64,000 bases of DNA from Neocallimastix sp. 'constans' (Eukaryota): NCBI GenBank assembly GCA_050613775.1, contig JBODTK010000115.1, positions 310,001 to 374,000 of the forward strand, written 5' to 3'. Shown here piece after piece: positions 25,701-39,500 of the stretch (positions are counted from its first letter, which is position 1; each line of letters starts with the position of its first letter). The notes below the pieces were generated by a model. The model searched no databases. It was not told where the DNA came from and worked only from the letters and a program-made list of their open reading frames with translations. The position numbers were made by a program, and so were the translations under genes.

Positions 25701-28082
25701 TTTTTCTTTAACTTCTTTAACTTCTTCTTCTTCTTGTTTTCCTTCTTTTCCTTCTTTATCTTTTCCTTCGTCTTCTTCTTCTTCTTCTCTCTTTTTTTCT
25801 TCTTGTTTTTGTTTTAATAGGTCATCAATAGCTTCATCAATTGAACTAATTTTACCATTAATAAGATTAGACATTTGATTTAAAACTTCTGAATATTCTA
25901 ATTTAGCAACTCTTCTAGCAACTGAACCTTTAGCCGTTACTGGGAACTGCTTACCATAATCAATAATATAAACATTATGAATGGTAAGTTGTTTTGTCCA
26001 ATTATTTAAACTTTTGGCATTATCTTGTAATAAGTTGTACATACTATTCCATGTTTGTTCTTGAGCTAATTTCTTAAGCTTTCGTTGTTCTTCCTTACTT
26101 AAACTTTCTGGATCAATCGTGATATCTAATGGGGTTCCATCTTCCATTAAAATTTCTGACCATTCTGGTTCAACGAAGCAAACCACTTCATATTGAGTAT
26201 TATCCACTAATAGACAACAGTGTTTGATATTTTTACATTCACTAGACATGGTATTTTCAAATGGAAGTGGGTTCATTTTATGACCGGTTGCAAAGGTTAA
26301 AATATCATCTACTCTGGAAACATATTTGTAATCACCAGAAATGGTACTACGAGTCCAAATATCATTGGTTCGATAGTATTCAATTCCATCAATTGTTTCA
26401 TAAAGATTATCGTGTTCATAATCACAACGCATTCCTGGTACAGCTGATTCATAGAATTCACCTTTCTTTGCCCTTCCAATATAACCGGTGATTGCGAATG
26501 GATTGTAGATAAAGAGCTCACCTTCATTTGGATTATTTTCATCAATAAGTTTAAAATGGAAATATTGCCATGGGACTCTAGTGAGGTAACCTTCTTCTCC
26601 TGGGACGAGATCTTTATCAAATTGTTTATACATCATAATACCAGTTTCCGAGGAACCGTATTCATTATTAATTAAAATCTTAAATGTTTGATTAAACCAA
26701 TGAAGCAAATCATAGCCGATGGGGGCACCACCTGTTCTAAAACAATTCTTGGGACAGGCCTGGATGGCTTTCTCCCAAACCTCACATCTTGGATGATGTT
26801 CATCAAAAAGTCTTTTAATTTCTGCATAATTAAATGGGAAGAGAGGAATGACTCCAGGTTTAGTCTCCACTATATCATCTAATAATACTTCTGGTACAAA
26901 TCCAATATCATGTAATTTTTGAGTATGGAAAATTAAGGCGCCTCCAGTATTCATATGATGAACGCCAATCCAGGTGAAACCCATCATATGATAGGAGGGA
27001 ATGCTGGCAAGAACACTGTATTTAAGGCTTATCTTTCGAGTCAATAATATGTTTTGAAAAAGACTACCACATTGAATTAATCGAACAGGAATAAACTTCA
27101 TTTTGGAGCAGTGTCCATTTTTAATGATAGCTTGAGTGGAAGAAGAAGTACCAATAACCATGACCACATCATCTTTTAAACCGGGACGTGCATACGTTTT
27201 ACCTTCAAGACTACATTGATAAATTTCTTCAAGAAATTCTGAATTATTCATACAAAACATAGGAATTCCTTTGAAGCCAGCACTTAAATTATATTCGTCT
27301 TCACGTAAAGGATATTCCCATTCCCATATCCATTCACCACTTTCATTTAATTGATTTTGTTTTTCTTCATCAAAAATATTAACATTAATATCATAAATAA
27401 ACATACTAATATCGAGCATTCTAGCCCAAAATTGTTTAACATCATTACCGAGTTTAGGAGGAACAGCTACAGGTGTACAACGAATATACCAGAGAGCATA
27501 AATAATTAAAATATTTAAGGGTAAAGTATTGGCGACCACACCTACTCTAGATTGAGGTGGTAAATCAAATCTTTTTTTAAGGACATAAGCACAAGCTTTC
27601 ACTAATCTAAAAAATTGTTTATAGGAAACACAAGTCCATGGGGAAGGATAATCAGGATGAGGTTCCGGTTTAAATGGTAAACTCCAAAGATTTGGTTTAG
27701 AAACCAAGGCTGGTTCATCACTATCCTTACAAAGATTATAACGATATTCTAATCTTTCATAAATAGTTTCAGCTTTAAGTAAATCTTCACTTTAAAGCAA
27801 TAAAAATAAGAAAAAAAAAAAAATAAATAAATATTATTAATAATAAAGAAATAACATAAATACTAATTCAGCATTAATATTATAAAAATTATATATCATA
27901 TAACAGACAAAAATATTTTTATTTGCCAAATATACATTTTAAAATTATTATAAAAATTTTAAATTTTAATTTTAAATTTTAATTCGATGTTTATTCCACT
28001 AATAAAAAAATATAATCAAAATTAAAAATGAAATAAAAATAACAAAATTTAACTATTATTATAACGCTTAATAATAATTTTA

Positions 28083-28126
<44 letters not shown>

Positions 28127-28215
28127 TACAGATAGGAATTAGGTTTTTCTTTTAAGAAAATTTCTTTTCCTAATTCAAATAAATTTGAATAGTTTCTTGG
28201 ATCAATTTCTGTCAT
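22782..28215 (-). CDS. hybrid NRPS-like/PKS synthetase A-T-KS-AT0, copy 1 (~1697 aa); exons 28215-28130 and 27789-22782
   Basis: Exon 1 MTEIDPRNYSNLFELGKEIFLKEKPNSY, phase-2 intron GTAAG..TTTAAAG, in frame with the long ORF. ANL motifs NEYGSSETG, YRTND, SRVDD..GHKMNP, PVTAKG; carrier IDSL; KS DTACS, EAHGTGT, KTNIGHT; AT GHSxG replaced by GFGFG; ends LPTYPFQRSTYW. Confidence 0.92.
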
Positions 28216-28543
28216 TTTATTTTTACTTGTTAATTTTTTTTTTTTTTTTTTTTTTTTACAATTCTTTCTTAAATAAATAATTTATATTTTAAATAAAATT
28301 TTTCTTTTCTATATTCTTCTATTATTATAAGTTTATGATATAAATAACAAAAAAAAAGTTCTATATATACATATAAATATATATATTATATATTTTTATA
28401 ATTCTATTCTATTTATAATAAATAAATACAATATTTTCTAATTAAATAAATAAAAATAATAATACTTATAATATTAATTTATTTTTATTATTTATTATTT
28501 TTCAAATGAATACTAATTGAATATATTAAATATAAAGTTGATG

Positions 28544-28582
<39 letters not shown>

Positions 28583-28724
28583 AAAAAAATAAGCTATTTA
28601 TATTGTTTATATTTTTTGACAAAAACAGAAAAAAGAAAAGGTTCTATAGTTATATAATAACCTTATTATTTATAATTATTTTGTATTGTATTAAAATTTT
28701 AATTTTAATTAAAAATTTAATAAT

Positions 28725-28756
28725 CCAACCAATAAAAGGGTAAATTAATCCACAAT
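28725..28756 (-). promoter_or_regulatory. conserved CCAAT-containing upstream block of the synthetase genes
   Basis: ccaaccaataaaagggtaaattaatccacaat; equivalents at ~35260-35290 and ~42421-42454, each ~440-570 bp upstream of the ATG. Confidence 0.5.
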
Positions 28757-29254
28757 ATATTTATTTATTTATTTATTTATTTATTTATTATTTATTTATT
28801 TATTTATACATTTATGATTTACTAATTTTTTTAAAATAAACATTAATATTTCTTTTTCTATTTTTTGAGAAATATTCTTTATATATATATTTAAGTACTA
28901 TTGAAAAATAAATTGAATTAAAATATTTACAAAAAAAAAAAAAATTAAAATATTTACAAAAAAAAAATAGAGATTAATAATTTATAAAAAATAATTAAAA
29001 ATAAAACTAATAGATAGTATTAATTGTAATAAATATAATTTTTTGTTTTTTGTCTTTTTTAAATTTTTATAATACTATTCTTTTTTTTTATATATATATT
29101 TGAATAATTTAATATCAATAATAAGTTTTTGTTGTTGTTGTTGAGTTGGTTTTTTGGTTATTATATTTATTGGTTATTATTTCTTTTGTTTATTTGTTTT
29201 TTATTTGTTTTTTATTTGTTTTTTTTACTTGTTTTTTTATTTTTATTTTCATTT

Positions 29255-32200
29255 TTAATTTTTAAGTGGAACTGGCCAGTAAGTGGAACGTTGGAATGGA
29301 TAGGTTGGTAATTCTATTTTATGAACTGGACATGCTTTTTGAGTTTCAGCTTCCACTCTACTATTCACTACCTTCCAATTAATATTTTGTCCATTTTCAT
29401 ATTCATTCATAATGAATTGATCGAAAAGACTCTTCTTTGTGTCATCATCAAAGAATTCGATAATATGAAGTGATGATGGAGAGCCGGTTGTAATTTCTTG
29501 ATCACCATTCATACTGTAAAGCGTCATGTTCTTACTCTTTGGACCATATTTATTAATAAAGATAGAATAGTCATTCTTTTTCATTTCATTCTTACGCTTC
29601 ATGATAGTAGAAATATCTTCAAAAGAGAGACTTTCTCCATTCTTGAATTCTTTTTCAAGAGATGGAATAAAGATTGTCTTTTGGAATTTTGGAATGCATT
29701 GATTTTTGAACCAGGAAGAAAGATCATTACCATTCTCAGTAGCAGTTTGAATTAAGGAAATGGCTGAACTGAAAGATAATCCTCCACTAAGAACTAAACT
29801 TATTATTTCTCCAAATCCAAATCCTCCATAAATCTTCTTACTACTGTTATTCTTTATCATTATGGATTCGACAAGTTGATGTAAACTATAATAGAAAGAA
29901 AGGATAAAGAATGAATTATTGAGTTTACTTTCTTTTCCATTCTTTTCTTCTTCTATCATTTGTTTTAAGGAAATGCTTTCAGCAATCTTTTGAATTTCAG
30001 AGTCACAGAATTCGAATGTCTTCTTGAAATTATTTTCAGTAGATAAGAGCTCCTTAACTGTATCATATACCTTTTTAGGAATTTGAAGATCACCAGCATT
30101 TTCAGAATAAATTTCAAGATGTTGAGATATACCATTACTTTTGGAAGCAACCTGTTTGAATATAGCTTCACTATTATCATCATCATCATCAAAGATTTCC
30201 ATTTTTTTCTCAAGATCATCATAGAGTTCATGAGCATTCTTACCAATCGCTGAAATTCTATAGTCGAAATGTTGACGACCAACATTTGAAGTGTAACAGA
30301 GATCTTCAATATTTTCTTCATTATCTTCCATACCTTCAAGGAAGTTCAAATAACTTTCACATAATTCGTTCAAAGCCGCTGGAGTTTTAGCACTAATGGT
30401 TAAGATATGATCTTCTTTACTATCCTTACTCTTCTTAACATCTTCTTCCTTTCCATTTTCTGGAATATATTCTTGAAGAATGATATGAACAATACTACCT
30501 TGTAAACCAAAGGAAGATACTTGAGCAATACGTGGTTTGTTATCTTGTGTTTCCCATGGCATGGTTTTGGTAGCAATTTGAATTGGAATGGAATGGATAT
30601 CAATTTCTGGATTAAGCGTATTGAAATGTAAATTCTTTGGAATATATTTATGTTGCATGGCTAAAATGACCTTAGCCATACTAGCTAAACCAGCGGCTTC
30701 ATTAGTATGTCCAATGTTTGTTTTCACACTACCAATCACTAATGGATTTTCTTCAGTGTGACTACCTCCATAAACTTGATTAAGGGCGTCAACTTCAATG
30801 GCATCACCAAGTGGAGTACCAGTACCATGAGCTTCAACAAAAGAAACTTCAGATGGATCAACACCTGCAAATTTAAGTGCTCTCTTCAAGTTAAGTACTT
30901 GACCATCAGAAGATGGTGCACTAATCGATTGTCTTAAACCACTTTGACCACTGCTGGTACCAAGAATGACTGAAAGAATATTATCTCCATCACGAACAGC
31001 ATCTTCAAGACGTTTTAAAATAAACGTAACACATCCTTCACCTGGTGCAAAACCATCAGCATCCTTATCAAACGTGGCACAACGACCATGAGGAGAGGTC
31101 ATACGAGCAACACTGGTTCTATGGAATTCAGAGGCAGAATATAAATATTTAACTCCGGAAACCACCGATAAGTCACAATCTCCAAATTGTAAGGAACGAC
31201 AAGCAGAGTGGAGGGCGGAAGCACCTGTGGAACAGGCAGTATCGATAGTAAAGGAAGGTCCGAAAAGTTTATAGAAGTAACTGAGACGGCCAGCAATACC
31301 ACTTGGAGTAGAATGTGCTGAAATAGGTTGAGCGATACCATTTTCTTTCAATAAATCTTGATAGTCATGATCATCGTTTACACCCACGAAAACACCAGTG
31401 GTGGTATTTTCTAAGGTATTTGGAGCAATACCTGCATTTTCGAAAGCTTCCCAACTCGTTTCTAAGACCCAACGTTGTCTTGGATCCATACTATTGACTT
31501 CTTCAGGTAAACAGTTGAAGAATTCTGCATCAAATTCAGAAGGTTTAGCTGCATTTGAACGAGAATCGTAACAACCACATTTTGGAATATTATGTTCATT
31601 TTCTCCTAAAAGATTAGATGGTTTATTCACATAGCCAAGATGTAATTTTCTATTCTTGACTGGAGCCAAGACACAATCTCTACCTTTGGCTAAAGACATC
31701 CAGAACGATTTAGAATTATTGATGGCACCAGGTAAACGAAGAGCCATACCAATCACTGCCACTCTTTTATCCATTGAAACATCCTTAATCGATTTTGGAA
31801 GGGAAGAAAGAGGAGAAGCTTCCTCTTTCAACTTTTTATCATAACCAGTAATATATCTCGCAAGATCATATGGAGTACCATAGTTAAATAACGTGGAAGC
31901 AGAGAATGGTTTTAAGGTCTTTCGATTTAAAACACTAGTTAATTTTCTGGTAGCAAGAGAATCAATACTGTAGATAGTAAATGGTGCATTAATATTGAAA
32001 TCTTCAAAATCTGGAGTAGAAGGAATAATTTCTTTAATGGATTCATAAACAATCATTACTGCTTTTTGAATTTCTTCATTAATTTCTTCTTCTGTTTTAT
32101 TCTCTGTAACAATTTCAGTTTCTTTCTCTGTTTGAACATTGGTTTCTTTTTCATTTTCTGTAATTGAATTATCTTTTTCTTTAACTTCTTTAACTTCTTC

Positions 32201-34558
32201 TTCTTCTTCTTCTTCTTCTTGTTTTCCTTCTTTTTCTTTTCCTTCGTCTTCTTCTTCTTCTCCTCTCTTTTTTTCTTCTTGTTTTTGTTTTGATAGATCA
32301 TCAATAGCTTCATCAATTGAATTAATTTTACCATTAATAAGATTAGACATTTGATTTAAAACTTTTGAATATTCTAATTTAGCAATTCTTCTAGAAAGTG
32401 AACCTTTAGCTGTTACTGGGAACTGCTTACCATAATCAATAATATAAACATTATGAATGGTAAGTTGTTTCGTCCAATTATTTAAACTCTTGGCATTATC
32501 TTGTAATAAGTTGTACATACTATTCCAAGTTTGTTCTTGAGCTAATTTCTTAAGCTTTCGTTGTTCTTCCTTACTTAAACTTTCTGGATCAATCGTGATA
32601 TCTAATGGGGTTCCATCTTCCATTAAAATTTCTGACCATTCTGGTTCAACGAAACAAACCACTTCATATTGAGTACTATCTACTAAAAGACAACAGTGTT
32701 TGATATTTTTACATTCACTAGACATAGTACTTTCAAATGGAAGTGGGTTCATTTTATGACCGGTTGCAAAGGTTAAAATATCATCTATTCTAGAAACATA
32801 TTTGTAATCACCAGAAATGGTACTACGAGTCCAAATATCATTGGTTCGATAGTATTCAATTCCATCAATTGTTTCATAAAGATTATCGTGTTCATAATCA
32901 CAACGCATTCCTGGTACAGCTGATTCATAGAATTCACCTTTCTTTGCCCTTCCAATATAACCGGTGATTGCGAATGGATTGTAGATAAAGAGCTCACCTT
33001 CATTTGGATTATTTTCATCAATAAGTTTAAAATGGAAATATTGCCATGGGACTCTAGTGAGGTAACCTTCTTCTCCTGGGACGAGATCTTTATCAAATTG
33101 TTTATACATCATAATACCAGTTTCCGAGGAACCGTATTCATTATTGATTAAACGATTAAATTTTTGATAAAACCACTGAATCAAATCATTACTTATAGGA
33201 GCACCAGCTGTTCTAAAACAATTATTGGAACAGGCCTTAATGGCTTTCTCCCAAACCTCACATCTTGGATGATGTTCATCAAAAAGTCTTTTAATTTCTG
33301 CATAATTAAATGGGAAGAGAGGAATGACTCCAGGTTTAGTCTCCACTATATCATCTAATAATACTTCTGGTACAAATCCAATATCATGTAATTTTTGAGT
33401 ATGGAAAATTAAGGCGCCTCCAGTATTCATATGATGAACGCTGAGCCAGATATAACCCAGCATATGATAGGAGGGAATGTCAACGAGAACACTGTATTTA
33501 AGGTTTACCTTTCGATTCAATAATATGGTTTGAAAAAGACCACAACATTGAATTAATCGAATAGGTATAAACTTCATTTTGGAGCAGTGTCCATTTTTAA
33601 TGATAGCTTGAGAGGAAGAAGAAGTACCAATAACCATGATCACATCATCTTTTAAACCGGGACGTACATACGTTTTACCTTCAAGACTACATTGATAAAT
33701 TTCTTCAAGAAATTCTGAATTATTCATACAAAACATAGGAATTCCTTTGAAGCCAGCACTTAAATTGTATTCATCTTCACGTAAAGGATATTCCCATTCC
33801 CATATCCATTCACCACTTTCATTTAATTGATTTTGTTTTTCTTCGTCAAAAATATTAACATTAATATCATAAATAAACATACTAATATCGAGCATTCTAG
33901 CCCAAAATTGTTTAATATCATTACCAAGTTTAGGAGGAACAGCTACAGGTGTACAGCGAATATACCAGAGAGCATGAATAATTAAAAAATTTAAGGGTAA
34001 AGCATTGGCGACCACACCTACTCTAGATTGAGGTGGTAAATCAAATCTTTTTTTAAGGACATAGGCACAAGCTTTCACTAATCTAAAAAATTGTTTATAG
34101 GAAACACAAGTCCATGGGGAAGGATAATCAGGGTGAAGTTCCGGTTTAAATGGTAAACTCCAAAGATTTGGTTTAGAAACCAAGGCTGGTTCATCACTAT
34201 CCTTACAAAGACTATAACGATATTCTAATCTTTCATAAATAGTTTCAGTTTTAAGTAAATCTTCACTTTAAAACGATAAAATTAAAAAATAAATATTATT
34301 AGTAATAAAGAAATAACATAAATACTAATTCAGCACTAATATTATAAATAATTATAAATCATATAACAGACTAAAATATTTTTATTTGCCAAATATCCAT
34401 TTTAAAGTTATTATAATAATTTTAAATTTTAATTTTAAATTTTAATTCAATGTTTATTCCACTAATAAAAAAATACAATTCAAAATTAAAACGAATTAAA
34501 AATAACAAAATTTTACTATTATTATAATTATTATAACTTTTAATAACATTTTTATATA

Positions 34559-34610
<52 letters not shown>

Positions 34611-34699
34611 TACAGATAGGAATTAGGTTCTTCTTTTAAGAAAATCTCCTTTCCTAATTCAAATAAATTTGAAAAGTTTCTTGGATCAATTTCTGTCAT
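29255..34699 (-). CDS. hybrid NRPS-like/PKS synthetase A-T-KS-AT0, copy 2 (~1698 aa); exons 34699-34614 and 34265-29255
   Basis: Same 86-nt exon 1 (MTEIDPRNFSNLFELGKEIFLKEEPNSY), same phase-2 GT-AG intron and same motifs as copy 1. Confidence 0.92.
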
Positions 34700-35088
34700 T
34701 TTATTTTTATTATTATTTTTTTTTTTTTACAATTCTATCTTAAATAATTTATACTTTAAATAAAAATTTTTCTATTCTATATTCTTCTATTATTATAATT
34801 TTATGATATCAATTAAGAAAAAAAAAAAAAAAATCCTATATACATATATATTTTTTTTATATTTATAATTTCTTTATAATTCCTATCTTCTACTTAAATA
34901 AATAAACAAAATAATATTTACTATATCAAATTATTATTATTATTTATTATTTATTACTTTTCCAATAAATACTATTTGAATATATTAAATATAAAGTTGA
35001 TAAAATAATAAGCAAAAATAAAAAAAATAAAAAAATAAAAAAAAAAAAGGAAAAAAAGCAAACTATTTATATTTGTTGACAAAAACAG

Positions 35089-35119
<31 letters not shown>

Positions 35120-36129
35120 CAAAAACAAAAAAAAAAAAAAAAAAGTTCTATAATTATATAATAACCTTATTATTTATAATTATTTGTATTATTTGTATTA
35201 TTTATAATTATTTGTATTATTTGTATTAAAATTTTAATTTTAATTAAAAATTTAATAATCCAACCAATAAAAGGTAAATTAATCCACAATATATTTATTT
35301 ATCTATTTATACATTTATTTATTGATTTATTGATTTATTACTTTATTAATTTATTTATCTATTTATACATTTATTATTTTATTTATTGATTTATTTATCT
35401 ATTTATTGATTTATTTATCTATTTATTTATTTATTTATCTATTTATTTATTTAAAATGAACATGATTATTTATTTTTCTCATTTTTTAAAAATATTCATT
35501 ATATATATATATATATATATTAATATATATATATATTAAGTACTATTGAAAAAATAGAATTAAATTAACTAAAACAAATTTATTCTATATATTTAAGTAT
35601 TACTGAAAAAATATATGAAATTAAATTATCTAATAAAACTATAAATATTTTTTTGCTTTGTTTTTGCTTTTTTTTTTTTTTTTTTTTTTTTTTTATTTTA
35701 TTTTATTTTATTTTATAAAAAAAAATAAAAGAAAATAAAAAAAAAAAGTTAATAATAAATTATTTCATTTCATTTTCATCTTTAATTCAAATATTAAAAT
35801 ATTTTGAATCAAAGATTTAAATAAAAAAAAAAGATAAAAAAAAAATTAAAAATAAAAAAATAATACTAAAAGATAACTAATAGATAGTATAATAGTTATA
35901 AACTTGACTTTTGTTTTTATCTTTTTTTTTGCTTTTACTTTGTTTTTATTGTTTTTATTGTTTTTATTGTTTCTATTGTTTTTATTGTTCTTTTTGTTTT
36001 TTTTTTTTTTTGTTTTTTTTTTTGTTTTTTTTTTTTTGTTTTTTTTTTTTTTGTTTTTTTTTTGTTTGTTTACTTTGTTTGTTTGCTTTTGTTTTTACTG
36101 TTGTTTTTTAAATTATTATAATACTATTC

Positions 36130-36169
<40 letters not shown>

Positions 36170-36483
36170 TAATTTAATATAAATAATTGGTTTTTGCTTT
36201 GTGTTGTTTTATTTTTTTGTTGCTGTTTGGTTGGTTTTTTTGGTTAGTTCATTTATTTGTTTTTTATTTGCTGTTTTTATTTTTATTTTTATTTTTTTTT
36301 TTTTTTTTTGTTATTGCTGTTGCTTGATTGTTTGGTTGTTTTTTGGTTAGTTTATTTTTTGTTTTTTTATTTTTTTTTATATGTATATTTATCTATATTA
36401 AATAGTATGTATTTTATATAAATATTAGTATTTATTTATTTACTTAAAATACTTATTTTACTTGGAATACTGAAGAAAGAATA

Positions 36484-36528
<45 letters not shown>

Positions 36529-36559
36529 ACAATATTTTTTTTTATTGTTATTTTCATTT

Positions 36560-39500
36560 TTAATTCTTAAGAGGAACTGGCCAGTAAGTGGAACGTTGGA
36601 ATGGATAGGTTGGTAATTCTATTTTATGAACTGGACATGCTTTTTGAGTTTCAGCTTCCACTCTACTATTAACTACCTTCCAATCAATATTTTGTCCATT
36701 TTCATATTCATTCATAATGAATTGATCGAAAAGACTCTTCTTTGTGTCATCATCAAAGAATTCGATAATATGAAGTGATGATGGAGAGCCGGTTGTAATT
36801 TCTTGATCACCATTCATACTGTAAAGCGTCATATCCTTACTCTTTGGACCATATTTATTAATAAAGATGGAATAGTCATTCTTTTTCATTTCATTCTTAC
36901 GCTTCATGATAGTAGAAATATCTTCAAAGGAGAGACTTTCTCCATTCTTGAATTCTTTTTCAAGAGATGGAATAAAGATTGTCTTTTGGAATTTTGGAAT
37001 GCATTGATTTTTGAACCAGGAAGAAAGATCATTACCATTCTCAGTAGCAGTTTGAATTAAGGAAACAGCTGAACTGAAGGATAATCCTCCACTAAGAACT
37101 AAACTTATTATTTCTCCAAATCCAAATCCTCCATATATCTTCTTACTACTGTTATTCTTTATCATTATGGATTCGACAAGTTGATGTAAACTATAATAGA
37201 AAGAAAGGATAAAGAATGAATTATTGAGTTTACTTTCCTTTCCATTCTTTTCTTCTTCTATCATTTGTTTTAAGGAAACGCTTTCAGCAATCTTTTGAAT
37301 TTCAGAGTCACAGAATTCGAATGTCTTCTTGAAATTATTTTCAGTAGATAAGAGCTCCTTAACAGTATCATAGACCTTTTTAGGAATTTGAAGATCACCG
37401 GCATTTTCAGAATAAATTTCAAGATGTTGAGAAATACCATTACTTTTGGAAGCAACCTGTTTGAATATAGATTCACTATTATCTTCATCATCATCAAAGA
37501 TTTCTATTTTTTTCTCAAGATCATCATAGAGTTCATGAGCATTCTTACCAATCGCTGAAATTCTATAGTCGAAATGTTGACGACCAACATTTGAAGTGTA
37601 ACAGAGATCTTCAATATTTTCTTCATTATCTTCCATACCTTCAAGGAAGTTCAAATAACTTTCACATAATTCATTCAAAGCCGCTGGAGTTTTAGCACTA
37701 ATAGTTAAGATATGATCTTCTTTACTATCCTTACTCTTCTTAACATCTTCCTCCTTTCCATTTTCTGGAATATATTCTTGAAGAATGATATGAATAATAC
37801 TACCTTGTAAACCAAAGGAAGATACTTGAGCAATACGTGGTTTGTTATCTTGTGTTTCCCATGGCATGGTTTTGGTAGCAATTTGAATTGGAATGGAATG
37901 AATATCAATTTCTGGATTAAGCGTATTGAAATGTAAATTCTTTGGAATATATTTATGTTGCATGGCTAAAATGACCTTAGCTATACTAGCTAAACCAGCG
38001 GCTTCATTAGTATGTCCAATGTTTGTTTTCACACTACCAATCACTAATGGATTTTCTTCAGTGTGACTACCTCCATAAACTTGATTAAGGGCGTCAACTT
38101 CAATGGCATCACCAAGTGGAGTACCAGTACCATGAGCTTCAACAAACGAAACTTCAGATGGATCAACACCTGCAAATTTAAGTGCTCTCTTCAAGTTAAG
38201 TACTTGACCATCAGAAGATGGTGCACTAATCGATTGTCTTAAACCACTTTGACCACTGCTGGTACCAAGGATAACTGAAAGAATATTATCTCCATCACGA
38301 ACAGCATCTTCAAGACGTTTTAAAATAAACGTAACACATCCTTCACCTGGTGCAAAACCATCAGCATCCTTATCAAACGTGGCACAACGACCATGAGGAG
38401 AGGTCATACGAGCAATACTAGTTCTATGGAATTCAGAGGCAGAATATAAATATTTAACTCCGGAAACCACCGATAAGTCACAATCTCCAAATTGTAAGGA
38501 ACGACAAGCAGAGTGGAGGGCAGAAGCACCTGTGGAACAGGCAGTATCGATAGTAAAAGAAGGTCCGAAAAGTTTATAGAAATAACTGAGACGGCCAGCA
38601 ATACCACTTGGAGTAGAATGTGCTGAAATAGGTTGAGCGATACCATTTTCTTTCAATAAATCTTGATAGTCATGATCATCGTTTACACCCACGAAAACAC
38701 CCGTAGTGGTATTTTCTAAGGTATTTGGAGCAATACCTGCATTTTCGAAAGCTTCCCAACTCGTTTCTAAAACCCAACGTTGTCTTGGATCCATACTATT
38801 GACTTCTTCAGGTAAACAGTTGAAGAATTCTGCATCAAATTCAGAAGGTTTAGCTGCATTTGAACGAGAATCGTAGCAACCACATTTTGGAATATTATGT
38901 TCATCTTCTCCTAAAAGATTAGATGGTTTATCTACATAGCCAAGATGTAATTTTCTATTCTTGACCGGAGCCATGACACAATCTCTACCTTTGGCTAAAG
39001 ACATCCAGAATGATTTAGAATTATTGATGGCACCAGGTAAACGAAGAGCCATACCAATCACTGCCACTCTTTTATCCATTGAAACATCCTTAATCGATTT
39101 TGGAAGGGAAGAAAGAGGAGAAGCTTCCTCTTTCAACTTTTTATCATAACCAGTAATATATCTAGCAAGATCATATGGAGTACCATAGTTAAATAAGGTG
39201 GAAGCAGAGAATGGTTTTAAGGTCTTTCGATTTAAAATACTAGTTAATTTTCTGGTAGCAAGAGAATCAATACTGTAGATAGTAAATGGTGCATTAATAT
39301 TGAAATCTTCAAAATCTGGAGTAGAAGGAATAATTTCTTTAATGGATTCATAAACAATCATTATTGCTTTTTGAATTTCTTCATTAATTTCTTCTTCTGT
39401 TTTATTCTCTGTAACAATTTCAGTTTCTTTCTCTGTTTGAACATTGGTTTCTTTTTCATTTTCTGTAATTGAATTATCTTTTTCTTTAACTTCTTTAACT

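Noticed and set aside
27705..27707. TTG starts given by the ORF track for the three synthetases
   Set aside because: The frame continues upstream to a splice acceptor, and a conserved 86-nt ATG exon splices in frame in all three copies
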